This document shows positions 44,125 through 56,381 of a stretch of 64,000 bases of DNA, in pieces; positions within the stretch are counted from its first letter, which is position 1, and each line of letters starts with the position of its first letter. Origin of the DNA: Eledone cirrhosa (Eukaryota). The stretch lies in NCBI GenBank assembly GCA_964016885.1, contig OZ024745.1:12710001-12774000 (forward strand), written 5' to 3'. The notes under the pieces are model-generated. The model was given only the letters and a program-made list of their open reading frames with translations, did not search any database and was not told the origin of the DNA. The position numbers and the translations under genes were made by a program.

Positions 44125-44198
44125 GCTGTCTGATGATGTCACGACACTCGAACACAGAACAGTGTGGCCAGTGTCGTAATTGAAATATATATCACCGC
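44125..44198 (+). ncRNA. Type I hammerhead motif, family E
   Basis: Stem I GCTGT/ACCGC (1 mismatch); CTGATGA; stem II ACGACACT/AGTGTCGT with an imperfect base; GAAA; palindromic stem III ATATATAT; AUC site. Confidence 0.6.
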
Positions 44199-44318
44199 AT
44201 TATTAAAGGACTTGAACATCTGAAACTACTTCGCTTTTCCTTATTCGATATTTACTCCGTCACTCCTATGTGGAAAAAGTACGTTGAGTGCTTGAATTGA
44301 ATTGCATCAATGTTTACC

Positions 44319-44371
<53 letters not shown>

Positions 44372-44496
44372 GTATATATAAACGTTTGAATATGTGTAAT
44401 AAAGCCAAAACAATGCAGGTATGGACATAGAAAAAAGAATGCAATTGTAAAAGATATTGTTGACAATTCGTCCTTTACCTTAGATTTATTTAAATG

Positions 44497-44534
44497 TCCT
44501 TAATTTTCGAGATAATATCTCTTCTTCAGAGGGA
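44497..44534 (-). ncRNA. Minimal hammerhead in the 3' pLTR, family F
   Basis: On minus strand: CCCT-CTGAAGA-A-GAGATATTATCTC-GAAA-ATTA-AGG. Confidence 0.7.
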
Positions 44535-44939
44535 AATAAAGGTCTCAAACCAGCGTTCTAAATATCTTGCCAAGTCATATTGACAGGAAATAGTATAGAG
44601 TATCTGTTCTATCTCTAATGTCAAAGAGTTAAAATTAGGTGGATAAAGAGTAGTCTCCCTTTAAAAGGGGTTTGTTTAGGGTTTTTTAAATTTTTTTTAA
44701 TTTTATATACATGCCTGTATAAGTGTGTGGGAGAATGCATGAAGGTGTAAGTATGTGAGTGTGTGTGTGTGAGTGTGAGAAGATAAGTCTATTCGTAAAT
44801 GTGGGGGATAGGTGTTATCTGGTGTTAGAACTGGTTTTGTGTGTGTATGTGTGAGAGAGAATAAGTGGAGGTGTAAGCGTGTGTGTGTGCGCGTGCGTGT
44901 GCGTGTGTGGGGTGTGTAAATATGGGGCTAGAAGCCCTA

Positions 44940-47624
44940 TCAGGTTATAAATTGGGTGTTGAGTTCTAGTCTATTATTGATTGGTGGTTGTGTTTTATCT
45001 ATAATTAGTGCTTCCTTAATTCTAAGATTGCCGAGGTTTCTTTCCTTAGTTTCTATCCTAACTGTTATGGTTTTGTCGGTGTTTTTGCATTTAACTAAGT
45101 GTTTCTTAAATGAGGAAGCGTTAGTATTGAGGTGTTCTTTTATTCTTATGTGGAGTGGTCTGGTGGTGCTACCTACGTAGAAGTTGTTGCATTTGTCACA
45201 CTCTAGTCTGTATACAACGTAAGCCCGGTGGCATAGGTCTGTGTCGTTGATGGGGCAGTTGGCTAGTCTGCAGCAGTTGTCATGTCTGGTGGAGTGTCTC
45301 TTGGCCAGCCGTCCGCGCAGAGAAGGACCCGAGTGGGCCAGTTGGATATCCAGTCCCTCTCGTCTGATGGCTCTGCGGATGGCTGTTGTTGTTTCTTCAC
45401 TGAAGTGTGGGAGCTTCAGGAAGCAAGTGTTAGTGCCTCGGGTGTGGTGTCCTCTGTTCTTTCTGGCACGGTTTGTGGTGGATGTCGTGTATCCGTTCAG
45501 TTTGAGTACTTCCAGGAAATGTGTGGTGTGTGTGTCTCGGTCTCTAGCGTCGGTGCATTTGTACCGGATACGTGCCAGTTCGTTCCTTCTGTATCCGAAC
45601 TTGGCACCGAGTGGGAGGGCCGATCTGAAATGTACGAACAGGTCCCTGCTGGCGGCTTTTTTATAGAAGCAGGTGTGGATGTTGCCTTCCTCTGTTACCC
45701 TTAGTTGGAAGTCCAGTAGGGATAGGGATCCGCGGTCATCGGGGTGTTCCATGCTGAACTTTATACTGGCGTCCATGCTGGAGAATGTTGTGTATATTTT
45801 ATCTGCCTCCTCACGGGATGATGTAAGGATGAGTATGTCATCTACATATCGGGTGAAGAAGGCATGGAAATGGCAGGTGTTGAGGGCTCGGCATTCTAGC
45901 TGGTTCATGTAGGTGATGGCCAGCAGGCCCGATAGGCTGGATCCCATGGGTAATCCTGTTGTCTGTCTGTATGTGTGGTGGTGGAAGGTGAAGTACGTGT
46001 TGTCTAATGTGAAGGACAAAAGCTGGTGTATGTCCGTCGGGTGGAGGCCGTAGCAGTGGATGTCCTCTGCGACCACGCAGTCCGTCAATAAATCGACAGC
46101 TGGATGAGCGGGGACTGTAGTGTAGAGGGAGACAACGTCGAGGCTAAAAGCGTATTTATTTAGTTTAAGTTGTTCTGGCTGGAGTTGGTGTAGTCTACGT
46201 ATAACTTCGTCGGAGCTACTGATATGCCCGGGAAAGGTGGAGAGTAGAGGCTTGAGGACCTGGGAGAGGAGCCAGGAAATTTTGTATTGGGGTCCTTCTA
46301 TGCTAGAGACGATGGGTCTTATTTGCGTCTTAGTACTATTCTTGTGGGTCTTGATGAGGTGGTAGAAAGTGGGCAGTCTGCTATTTCTAGTGGTGTAGTT
46401 GAGCTTAACTTTATTTGGGAGTTTTCTTCTCCTAGAGATATCGAACCAAATGGAGTTGGTCTGTTTTTCGATCTGGGCTGCAGTCATGTCCGGGATCACT
46501 GTGTATAATTCACTGTCGCTTAGGTGTTCAAAGGCTAGGTTATTGTATGTGTCTTGAGAGATGACGCAAAACTCTTTACCTTTGTCGGATGGTAAGTATA
46601 TAAGTTCTCTATTCCGTAGGTTCTTCAGGGCGAGTTGTTGTGTCCTGGAGAGGTTTGGGGCTATCTTCTTCTGTTTCCGTAAGATGTTAAATACGGAATG
46701 TTTTAGTCTCGAGAGTTTTTCTTCAAGCTCGCGGTTGGCAGGCGGTGGACAGAGTGGGCGATCTAGTTGGTATATCGGGAATCTGGGTTTGATGGATTCC
46801 GTGCTGTTGTTGTCGAGAGTCGATATCCATTTTAGTTGGTAGGCAACCCGACAGAAATTCGTTTCTATGTCGAGCCATAGTTTGTCGTCCAGTCTCTGTT
46901 TCAATATGAACTTGGGACCCAGGCTGAGGAGGTCTAATTCCTCTCGGGAGAGGGTTCCTGTCAAGTCTGTGAAGAGGTGTTTTGCGTCAGGTGTGTTGTT
47001 GGTCGGGGCGCCGCTAGGTTCGGTGTTGGTACCGTCTTGTTCGCCTCTGTTGGTGTTTAGAGTTGGGATGTTGTTAAGACAGTTGGCCGTCCTGAGTTTG
47101 AGAAATTTTTGCGTTAGACGTATTTTCTCGTAGTCTCGGCGGTGGTGGTATGACCTGTCTATAGTGGCGGAGATGACTCTGGACAGAGGTTCTGGGGTGT
47201 CAGCAACTTGTGGTACAAGGCTGGAAATAGTCCGTATGTGATGTTGTAGCGTGCGGTGTAGGTGTTGTATGAGTTTTCTTAGGCAGAATTTTTGTATGTA
47301 ACTAAGTGATCGTTTGAGGCCTGGTGATTTGAAGCATGTTGGTAGGTGCAAATTGTTGATAGTTTTGGGGATGATGTTGTTATTCAGGCATCGTTTTAGG
47401 AAGTTTATTTGGCAGCCGGCTTTGGCGCGCTTTTCAGATAGCTGGAAGAGTTTCTTTACAGTTGTGAACTGGGCCTGGCTCAGGCGTAAGGAAAGGAGGA
47501 GGTTATAGTTCACTTGAAGTATTGTGTAATGAGGTATAAACGTTTGAATATGTGTAATAAAGCCAAAACAATGCAGGTATGGACATAGAAAAAAGAATGC
47601 AATTGTAAAAGATATTGTTGACAA
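44940..47624 (-). CDS. Penelope-like element ORF: reverse transcriptase plus C-terminal GIY-YIG endonuclease
   Basis: Stop-free for 894 codons; SDKG, FSLDVVSLYT, GLPMGSSLS, RYVDDIL, Cys-rich linker, VVYRLECDKCNNFYVGST..RIKEH. The true start is probably near 47522. Confidence 0.95.
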   Translation of the reverse strand: MSTISFTIAFFFLCPYLHCFGFITHIQTFIPHYTILQVNYNLLLSLRLSQAQFTTVKKLFQLSEKRAKAGCQINFLKRCLNNNIIPKTINNLHLPTCFKSPGLKRSLSYIQKFCLRKLIQHLHRTLQHHIRTISSLVPQVADTPEPLSRVISATIDRSYHHRRDYEKIRLTQKFLKLRTANCLNNIPTLNTNRGEQDGTNTEPSGAPTNNTPDAKHLFTDLTGTLSREELDLLSLGPKFILKQRLDDKLWLDIETNFCRVAYQLKWISTLDNNSTESIKPRFPIYQLDRPLCPPPANRELEEKLSRLKHSVFNILRKQKKIAPNLSRTQQLALKNLRNRELIYLPSDKGKEFCVISQDTYNNLAFEHLSDSELYTVIPDMTAAQIEKQTNSIWFDISRRRKLPNKVKLNYTTRNSRLPTFYHLIKTHKNSTKTQIRPIVSSIEGPQYKISWLLSQVLKPLLSTFPGHISSSDEVIRRLHQLQPEQLKLNKYAFSLDVVSLYTTVPAHPAVDLLTDCVVAEDIHCYGLHPTDIHQLLSFTLDNTYFTFHHHTYRQTTGLPMGSSLSGLLAITYMNQLECRALNTCHFHAFFTRYVDDILILTSSREEADKIYTTFSSMDASIKFSMEHPDDRGSLSLLDFQLRVTEEGNIHTCFYKKAASRDLFVHFRSALPLGAKFGYRRNELARIRYKCTDARDRDTHTTHFLEVLKLNGYTTSTTNRARKNRGHHTRGTNTCFLKLPHFSEETTTAIRRAIRREGLDIQLAHSGPSLRGRLAKRHSTRHDNCCRLANCPINDTDLCHRAYVVYRLECDKCNNFYVGSTTRPLHIRIKEHLNTNASSFKKHLVKCKNTDKTITVRIETKERNLGNLRIKEALIIDKTQPPINNRLELNTQFIT

Positions 47625-47654
47625 TTCGTCCTTTACCTTAGATTTATTTAAATA

Positions 47655-47692
47655 TCCTTAATTTTCGAGATAATATCTCTTCTTCAGGGGGA
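47655..47692 (-). ncRNA. Minimal hammerhead in the 5' direct pLTR, family F
   Basis: Same motif, just upstream of the ORF. Confidence 0.7.
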
Positions 47693-48080
47693 AATAAAGG
47701 TCTCAAACCAGCGTTCTAAATATCTTGCCAAGCCATGCTGACAGGAAATAGTATAGAGTATCTGTTCTATCTCTAATGTCAAAGAGTTAAAATTAGGTGG
47801 ATAAAGAGTAGTCTCCCTTTAAAAGGGGGTTTGTTTAGGGTTTTTTTTATTTTTTTTAATTTTATATACATGCCTGTATAAGTGTGTGGGAGAATGCATG
47901 AAGGTGTAAGTATGTGAGTGTGTGTGTGTGAGTGTGAGAAGATAAGTCTATTCGTAAATGTGGGGGATAGGTGTTATCTGGTGTTAGAACTGGTTTTGTG
48001 TGTGTATGTGTGAGAGAGAATAAGTGGAGGTGTAAACGTGTGTGTGTGTGGGGTGTGTCAATATGGGGCTAGAAGCCCTA

Positions 48081-48658
48081 TCAGGTTATAAATTGGGTGT
48101 TGAGTTCTAGTCTATTATTGATTGGTGGTTGTGTTTTATCTATAATTAGTGCTTCCTTAATTCTGAGATTGCCGAGGTTTCTTTCCTTAGTTTCTATCCT
48201 AACTGTTATGGTTTTGTCGGTGTTTTTGCATTTAACTAGGTGTTTCTTAAATGAGGAAGCGTTAGTATTGAGGTGTTCTTTTATTCTTATGTGGAGTGGT
48301 CTGGTGGTGCTACCTACGTAGAAGTTGTTGCATTTGTCACACTCTAGTCTGTATACAACGTAAGCCCGGTGGCATAGGTCTGTGTCGTTGATGGGGCAGT
48401 TAGCTAGTCTGCAGCAGTTGTCATGCCTGGTGGAGTGTCTCTTGGCCAGCCGTCCGCGCAGAGAAGGACCCGAGTGGACCTGTTGGATATCCAGTCCCTC
48501 TCGTCTGATGGCTCTGCGGATGGCTGTTGTTGTTTCTTCACTGAAGTGTGGGAGCTTCAGGAAGCAAGTGTTAGTGCCTCGGGTGTGGTGTCCTCTGTTC
48601 TTTCTGGCACGGTTTGTGGTGGATGTCGTGTATCCGTTCAGTTTGAGTACTTCCAGGA
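48081..48658 (-). pseudogene. Duplicated 3' end of the PLE ORF (GIY-YIG domain) within the upstream pLTR
   Basis: Near-identical to 44940-45517. Confidence 0.9.
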
Positions 48659-49141
48659 GAATTAAGGAAGCACTAATTATAGATAAAACACAACCACCAA
48701 CCAATAATAGACTAGAACTCAACACCCAATTTATAACCTGATAGGGCTTCTAGCCCCATATTTACACACCCGACACACACACACGCACGCGCACACACAC
48801 ACGCTTACACCTCTACTTATTCTCTCTCACACATACACACACAAAACCAGTTCTAACACCAGATAACACCTATCCCCCACATTTACGAATAGACTTATCT
48901 TCTCACACTCACACACACACACTCACATACTTACACCTTCATGCATTCTCCCACACACTTATACAGGCATGTATATAAAATAATAAAAAAAAAACCCTAA
49001 ACAAACCCCTTTTAAAGGGAGACTACTCTTTATCCACCTAATTTTAACTCTTTGACATTAGAGTTAGAACAGATACTCTATACTATTTCCTGTCAGCATG
49101 GCTTGGCAAGATATTTAGAACGCTGGTTTGAGACCTTTATT

Positions 49142-49179
49142 TCCCTCTGAAGAAGAGATATTATCTCGAAAATTAAGGA
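49142..49179 (+). ncRNA. Minimal hammerhead in the inverted pLTR, family F
   Basis: tccct-ctgaaga-a-gagatattatctc-gaaa-atta-agga. Confidence 0.7.
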
Positions 49180-49355
49180 CATTTAAATAAATCTAAGGTA
49201 AAGGACGAATTGTCAACAATATCTTTTACAATTGCATTCTTTTTTCTATGTCCATACCTGCATTGTTTTGGCTTTATTACACATATTCAAACGTTTATAC
49301 CTCATTACACAATGCTTCAAGTGAACTATAACCTCCTCCATATATATACATATAC

Positions 49356-49682
<327 letters not shown>

Positions 49683-49714
49683 AGATCAAATGATGGTTAA
49701 AAGATTTCCAAGTA

Positions 49715-49781
49715 TTTTACTATGCGCATTTCAAAAACAAATATCATCATGGGATGATATCTGCGTTCTCATCAGAGAAAA
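49715..49781 (-). ncRNA. Hammerhead ribozyme, family G (mirror copy)
   Basis: Reverse complement of 49782-49848, with stem I substitutions. Confidence 0.7.
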
Positions 49782-49848
49782 TTTTATCTGATGAGAACGC
49801 AGATATCATCCCATGATGATATTTGTTTTTGAAATGCGCATAATAAAA
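49782..49848 (+). ncRNA. Type I hammerhead ribozyme, family G
   Basis: Stem I TTTTAT/ATAAAA; CTGATGA; ~16 bp stem II closed by a CCAT loop; GAAA; palindromic stem III ATGCGCAT; AUA site. Confidence 0.8.
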
Positions 49849-49971
49849 TACTTGGAACTCTTTTAACCATCTGTTGATTTTATATTATTTATATTCCAGT
49901 CCTTCAAACTGTAGAGTGCTACTTATCCGATATTTGCATTGCTTTATTATGCTACAATAAAACTTATCTCC

Positions 49972-50016
<45 letters not shown>

Positions 50017-50282
50017 TAGCTTTGCGGTCAAGGTTTTCGAATCATGGCCGCAAGGCGATAAGTTGGATTCTCTGAGTAGGTGGCACGTTGTGTCCTTGAG
50101 CAAGGCACTTTATTTCATGTCATATATATTATATATATATATATATACATATATCAGGGCGAAGGGTCCATGCATTCAACGCATGCAGTGCATGCGTTAT
50201 AGAATCTTGAGTTGATCAATTGCGTCGGTTGAAGCCAGCAGAATTTTGGCTGCTTACTAAAACGTATAGACACAAAAAGATA

Positions 50283-50335
<53 letters not shown>

Positions 50336-50417
50336 CACAAACAATACACACAAACACACGACAGCTTTGGGGCAAGCAGAATTTTGACCGCTTACTAAAT
50401 CGTAGACACATAAAAAG

Positions 50418-50466
<49 letters not shown>

Positions 50467-50499
50467 ACAAACACACACACACATACACACAAACACACG

Positions 50500-52400
50500 A
50501 CAGTTTCCCCTGACTTTTGAAAGAATTAAGTTAATGAGGAATGTCTTTCCTGTTCCAACTGGAGCATCAATGAAAATCAATGCAGATGTGTTCCTCTCTA
50601 AACTGTTAGAAACGAAGTCGTACACGTGTTTTTGTTCACTATTCAATAGAGGCTCCGTCTCTTCTACAAATCGTCGCTGCTCTTCTCTGCTGTATTGTAA
50701 TTCATGCAATAACTCCAAATTGCCAATATCCTGATTACCAACAATATTATTTGGCCCTGGCAAGTTAAAGTCACTAAGACTTTTGCCCAGGTCGATAGGT
50801 TTGTCTTCAAAATACAGAAGACATTGATCATAATGTCTCTCGTTAATCAAAACTTTAGAGTTTCTGGTATCCCTTTTTTTTCTATTTGAAGGTAATCCTC
50901 AGACAGCGAATGCTTAAATCGAGCCCATAAAGCATTGGAATTGTCAAATTCCGTATTTGTGAGGAGCACGATGAATAGATCTCTCATGGCTTTGGGAAGC
51001 GTTGTTCGCTCAGCATCTTCCAGAGTCTGCTGCCAATGATCATCCGATTGAAGCAAACCTTTCTATCTGCAGACGTCTTTGAATAAGGGCAGGAGTCCTC
51101 CATCACACATTTTCAAAGAGTTGAAGGATACTGGCCCTTTGACGTGATGCATAAGGAGTCTTAAATAATACAGGTCACCACTTCGTGAGGAAACAGTGTA
51201 TACTCGTCCCAAAATGTTCGCCTAAAAATCCCTGGATACTGCTCAACTGTTTTCCCCACCTTTCTCCTTTTCCACCTCTTATTACTCCAAGTGTAAAACT
51301 TTGGCACATCGGCATAATACAATGTTTTTGCAAACGGATCGCGATCGCAAAGATCCATGAACTCAGTCAGAGTCGTCTTAGCCATGTTATTGTTTACTTT
51401 AACAGCAGCATTGACCCGAAAGAAGATTTGATTTTCCTCAGGTAGATGAACTTGAAGGCGAACTACGGCCGGTTCTCTCTCATGAATTGGAAATCCAAGT
51501 ACCAAGGCAACAGCTTCTGAAGGACTGATATATCTTCCTATTAAATACTGTATTATCTCATCTTCCCTGTTCACTCCAAACATTGCCTGATCACTGCCCT
51601 TCATGGTATATTTGATAACGTATTTGATCGATTTCACAGAAGAGCACATCTCTACGTTTAGGTGGCAGTTGAACAGTTTTAATAGTTTCATATTGTAGAG
51701 AACCACCCATTCCGAAGTTATATTTCAGCTTCCCCTTCCTTCTTGGTGTCCCTCAAATCCTCCCATTCCCGGAGACCGTCTTCTGTACACAGGATAAGAG
51801 TCCTCTCCACACAATGTATATTCATTGAAATGCTTAGGGTGCGGCTTACTGCACGTTCCATCTTTCCAACACGGCGAATTGTTAGAGCAATTCGGACCGT
51901 GGATCATGTGATTCAGCACCAATTCATGACCCTCTGGATCTGGTATTTCGGCTTGAACAAATTTATCGTATTCCTGCGGTCTGGGCTTGGAGGCTTCATT
52001 GAGCCATAGCAAACAGTGCACACGAGGAAGACCTCACTTTTGATATTCGACTGTCAGCATGTAAGCAATGCACTTGCCAAATAGGCCCTCTACTCCAGTA
52101 ATATACTTTCTTAACAGTTTAGCTTCAGATCAAATACTCTGGCAATTAAATCTGGCCTGTAATGTGGCTTCTGATTCAGGAATAGGTTTTGCTGGATATC
52201 GGGCCAGTTTGGATTGCATGTCATTGTGATGAAGAACGAAGGATTGCCGTACTTCCGTATGTACATCATGGCGTCCTGGCATCGTTCCATCATATATCTC
52301 GGTCCACCGACAGATGTGGAAGAGAGTATGATTCGCCTGCCAATATTGCGAAAATCGTCATCATCATTCAATGCGTCAATAAGGCCCTTGTATGTTGTAG
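50500..52400 (-). pseudogene. Helitron Rep/Pif1-helicase pseudogene fragment
   Basis: GGPRYM, FFITMTCNPNW, RPDLIARVF, HCLLWL (HUH region), HMIHGP, YPVYRRR, HLNVEMC..VKSIKYVIKY..KG, RYISPSEA, FIDAPVGTGKTFL (Walker A); multiple stops and frameshifts. Confidence 0.93.
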
Positions 52401-54317
52401 ATCGCGAAGAAGAAGAAGAAGTGCCGGATCATTGATCATTAGGTGCCAGAAAAGCGGTGTTACACCCGTGTATTCAGATGCAGATTTATAGCCAAACAAA
52501 TAAATATTTTAAGCTCACTATTAAAGAATTACCTCCCTTGCATCGTAGAGCAAAGTAAAAGGATCTCCGTCGGTTTCATTGGATCAACGAAATGGCCTGC
52601 TCGTTAAAATAACGTGTAAGTGGCTGAGTATTCACAATACACATGCACCTTGAATGTAATTCTCAGGGAGATTCAGCGCGACATTCTACCTATTTGAATT
52701 AGAGGTAAAGTCCACCCAACGCGATTCCAAGCAGTTTCCATCCACCTAATTCCACTGACAAGGTTTGGGTCAACACAAAGCTATAGTAAAATAAATTTTC
52801 CGCAGATGCCACACACTGGAATCAAACTATGAACCTCACAATTGTGAAACAAACTTGTTAACAATTCAACTATGTTACAATCATCAGTTCTCTAATTTAG
52901 AATTACTTCCCTTTCATTGTAATCTTTTCATATATGGTATATATGGTCCCGTAACTCCCGATGAACGGCTGCCATATTGACAAGCGCTGTTTCTTAGGGC
53001 ATATTTTCAAAACCTAGCGGAGTTCATCTCTTTTCCTGGTCTGAATACAGCAAATTTCTTCCAAAGTAGGATAGGAAGTGAGAGAATAGAAGTGTGAAAG
53101 AGATATAGAGGAAGAATCGACTCCAGTACTAGACTGGTACTTTTTTTATCAACCTTGTTGAACTCAGAGAGCAGAGGGCCCGAATGAGTACAGCAAAGCA
53201 TTCTATCCGACCTGTTAACGTCAATTCACTGCCTTAATTTAAATAGGAACTATTTAAAATGGGTTGTTTTGTTTCCTAGAATCAGAGGTGGTTTCGTGCG
53301 GCGGGTTGGTATCTAAACGGTATCTAATACGAGTTTATCATATTCACTATAACAAATCATTTTAAATCCACCAACGTTTATTTCACAGTGAATTGTTTTT
53401 CTCTCGTGTGAAGGTCTGTTAACTTTAGTTCGGTTCTCATTTTAAACGCATTCAATGACAATTCAATTAATCACAAATGAATATATTATATATAAATGAA
53501 TATAACCAGTAAAAGACAGCCGTGGAGTAATATATATAATGCCAAACAACGAAACAAGGCTTGTTAGTTAGTTAAGCCACAGTTTACGATCGCTTCAGAA
53601 GGCAAAAAACATTTATTCTCGATAGTTATATAGCTCCATACTATTATACCCCCACCTCAGCACATTACATATATACACACACGCGCGCGCGCAAACACAC
53701 ATATATAGATATATGTATAATATATATGTTCGTGTGTAGAGAGAGAGAGAAAGAAAGAAAGAGAGAGGGGGAGATATTATTCATACATACACACACACAC
53801 ACATATATATATATGTGATATATATATACATATAATATATATATACATACAATCTATATATTCATACCTATAACACACACACACGTATACACGTGTGCAT
53901 ATATCTTCCCCTCCCTCCACTCCCCTTACCATCACCATTGAATTTATTTCTACCTTTCTTTCTCTCTTTTTTTTTTATTTTTTTTTTTTCAAACATGACA
54001 TAACTTAATTTATGAATAAAACTTTTGATTTTTGAAAAACGTACATAACATAAGATAACATTAAAGGAGATTACTCTTGTTTCCATCTCTTCCTGATTAT
54101 CTCCCTTGACACAATTGGTATCTGTCGGACAGACAACCCTGATACGATATTCTTTAAGAAGTTCGTTTATTAAGCAAGCGATGCGATGTTCGATCCCATT
54201 TTATGTCAAAATGAATGAATGTCTTCTACTGTAGCATCGGGTGGGCGTGTGTGTGTTTATTCTGTGTGTGTGTGTATGTGTGTGTCTGGGATTTATATGC
54301 ATACATACATACATATA

Positions 54318-54654
54318 TACATGCACACACATATATATATGTACGTATGGGTTTACCGAACATTTATTATAATGCTCGGTTTGTTTGCAAATTAGGCTGC
54401 TCAGCCGTTAATATGAATAAGGAGGGTATATACATTCAAACGTTCAATCAACTGACAGGAAGGTATACTGTGCTGATGACAGCTAATAAGCTAGAAACTA
54501 GTTCATCGTTCCTTTGTCAGTGTTGAACAAAATGGCAGCGATGGTTGCCGAACACTGTACGGCTAATAATTCGGGATGTTTGTTTACAAACAAACCGAGC
54601 ATTATAATAAATGTTCGGTAAACCCATACGTACATATATATATGTGTGCATGTA
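54318..54654. mobile_element. Fold-back element (family H) with ~70 bp arms and a hammerhead in the loop
   Basis: 54318-54391 is inverted relative to 54583-54654. Confidence 0.8.
54467..54509 (+). ncRNA. Minimal hammerhead motif, family H
   Basis: ACTGTG-CTGATGA-C-AGCT-AATA-AGCT-A-GAAA-CTAG-TT-CATCGT; palindromic stem III. Confidence 0.62.
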
Positions 54655-54824
54655 TGTATATATATACATACTACTGTACGTCTGTATTCATATATGTATG
54701 TACGTATACATACTTACATTTAAGTATCAGCCGTTCTAAGAGTGAGAAATGAAATTTCATTTTTTCCATTTATATATATATATATATATATGTATGTATA
54801 TATATATATATGTATGTATATATA

Positions 54825-54909
<85 letters not shown>

Positions 54910-55128
54910 TATATAGAAATTATAGAATTATATAGAAATTATAGATTCATGTAATTTCTATTTAACTGGTCTGTAAAACAACTGATGTTGTTACATTGAG
55001 CTATTTATCTTACTGGTAATAAGATAGTAATAAATTACTGTCTTTCACTATTTAGGGTTTAAAATATATATAACTATAAAAGGTTTTAGTATATACATAA
55101 CCATAAATAGTATCATATTCAGTGAATA

Positions 55129-55196
55129 TGGTTAGTTCGCGAAATTGGTTAGTTCGCGAAATTGGTTAGTTCGCGAAATTGGTTAGTTCGCGAAAT
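55129..55196. repeat. Four perfect tandem copies of a 17 bp unit
   Basis: (tggttagttcgcgaaat)x4, with no spacers. Confidence 0.9.
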
Positions 55197-55502
55197 TTAT
55201 TATACTTATTGACCAACCAATCAAATTACTTCTCTAAATACCTGGCGTTTCGAGCCACTTTTTTCCATATAAAACAAGTAACATTCAAAGACCAACCAGA
55301 TGTGAGAAAAACCACAGACCCCCCATCTCAACTCTACTTTAGAAAAGCAGAAGAACTGCGAAACCGATAAAGGAACCAAATAAATATATATATATTTTTT
55401 AAATAAGACTCCAGTTGCATTTTCGATTTCATCTTTTTTTCTTTATACTTTCACTCGTGTAGGACACCTCGGTTATTTTTCATTTTGTAAAAAAAAACTC
55501 AC

Positions 55503-55563
<61 letters not shown>

Positions 55564-55594
55564 AAGAATCAAAGAACTGTTCAAAACATTATTG

Positions 55595-55641
55595 TGCTTA
55601 CAGCTGTTTCCTCCAAACCGAGGTTTGGATTCTTCGGAGCA
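55595..55641 (-). ncRNA. Hammerhead motif, family I (mirror copy)
   Basis: Reverse complement of 56382-56428. Confidence 0.65.
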
Positions 55642-56381
55642 ATTTATTAATGCATGGACAGTTATATGACCTCCTTTTCAGCCGAGAGACATACCAATAC
55701 ATATTCAAACATTGATACATATTCAAACATTGTGGGTCAACATTCATTACAGAATTTAGAGTGGCAGTACACACTTCGAGATTACATTTATATTAATAGG
55801 TACAATCAAAAATCAAAAATATAGGTTAAGATACAACATGAAGATAAGCGGTTATATAGTGCAAATGTTATATGTGTGGCACGCATGTGCGTCTTGTTTA
55901 TATAGTGTGGCAGAGAGATATGTGTGGTAGAGGCACTTAGGTAGGTAAATCTCCATTACTTATAACACTTTTAATGCTTGCACTATCTTTAATGCTTATA
56001 ATATTTCTCCACACACAGACTATATCAATCATATAAAGGATTTTCCACCAGATCTACCAACCTAACACTCTTATTTACCTACCTAAGTGCCTCTACCACA
56101 CATATCTCTCTGCCACACTATATAAACAAGACGCACATGCGTGCCACACATATAACATTTGCACTATATAACCGCTTATCTTCATGTTGTATCTTAACCT
56201 ATATTTTTGATTTTTGATTGTACCTATTAATATAAATGTAATCTCGAAGTGTGTACTGCCACTCTAAATTCTGTAATGAATGTTGACCTACAATGTTTGA
56301 ATATGTATCAATGTTTGAATATGTATTGGTATGTCTCTCGGCTGAAAAGGAGGTCATATAACTGTCCATGCATTAATAAAT

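Larger units (their letters stand above)
44377..49338 (-). mobile_element. Penelope-like retroelement with direct (44377-45517 / 47535-48658) and inverted (48658-49338) pseudo-LTRs, inserted in (TA)n
   Basis: The repeat architecture is directly visible; (TA)n on both flanks; one hammerhead in each pLTR. Confidence 0.95.

Noticed and set aside
45241-47508. Plus-strand ORFs overlapping the PLE
   Set aside because: Antisense shadows of the RT ORF with no motifs
44940-47624. Selenoprotein-type PLE
   Set aside because: No internal in-frame TGA in the ORF; the terminal TGA is followed immediately by TAG
48081-48725. 214 aa ORF as a stand-alone GIY-YIG gene
   Set aside because: Its N-terminus comes from the antisense of the inverted arm across the inversion junction, so it is an artefact of the pLTR structure
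55129-55196. Short direct repeats resembling CRISPR
   Set aside because: Contiguous 17 bp units with no spacers, no cas genes and a eukaryotic context
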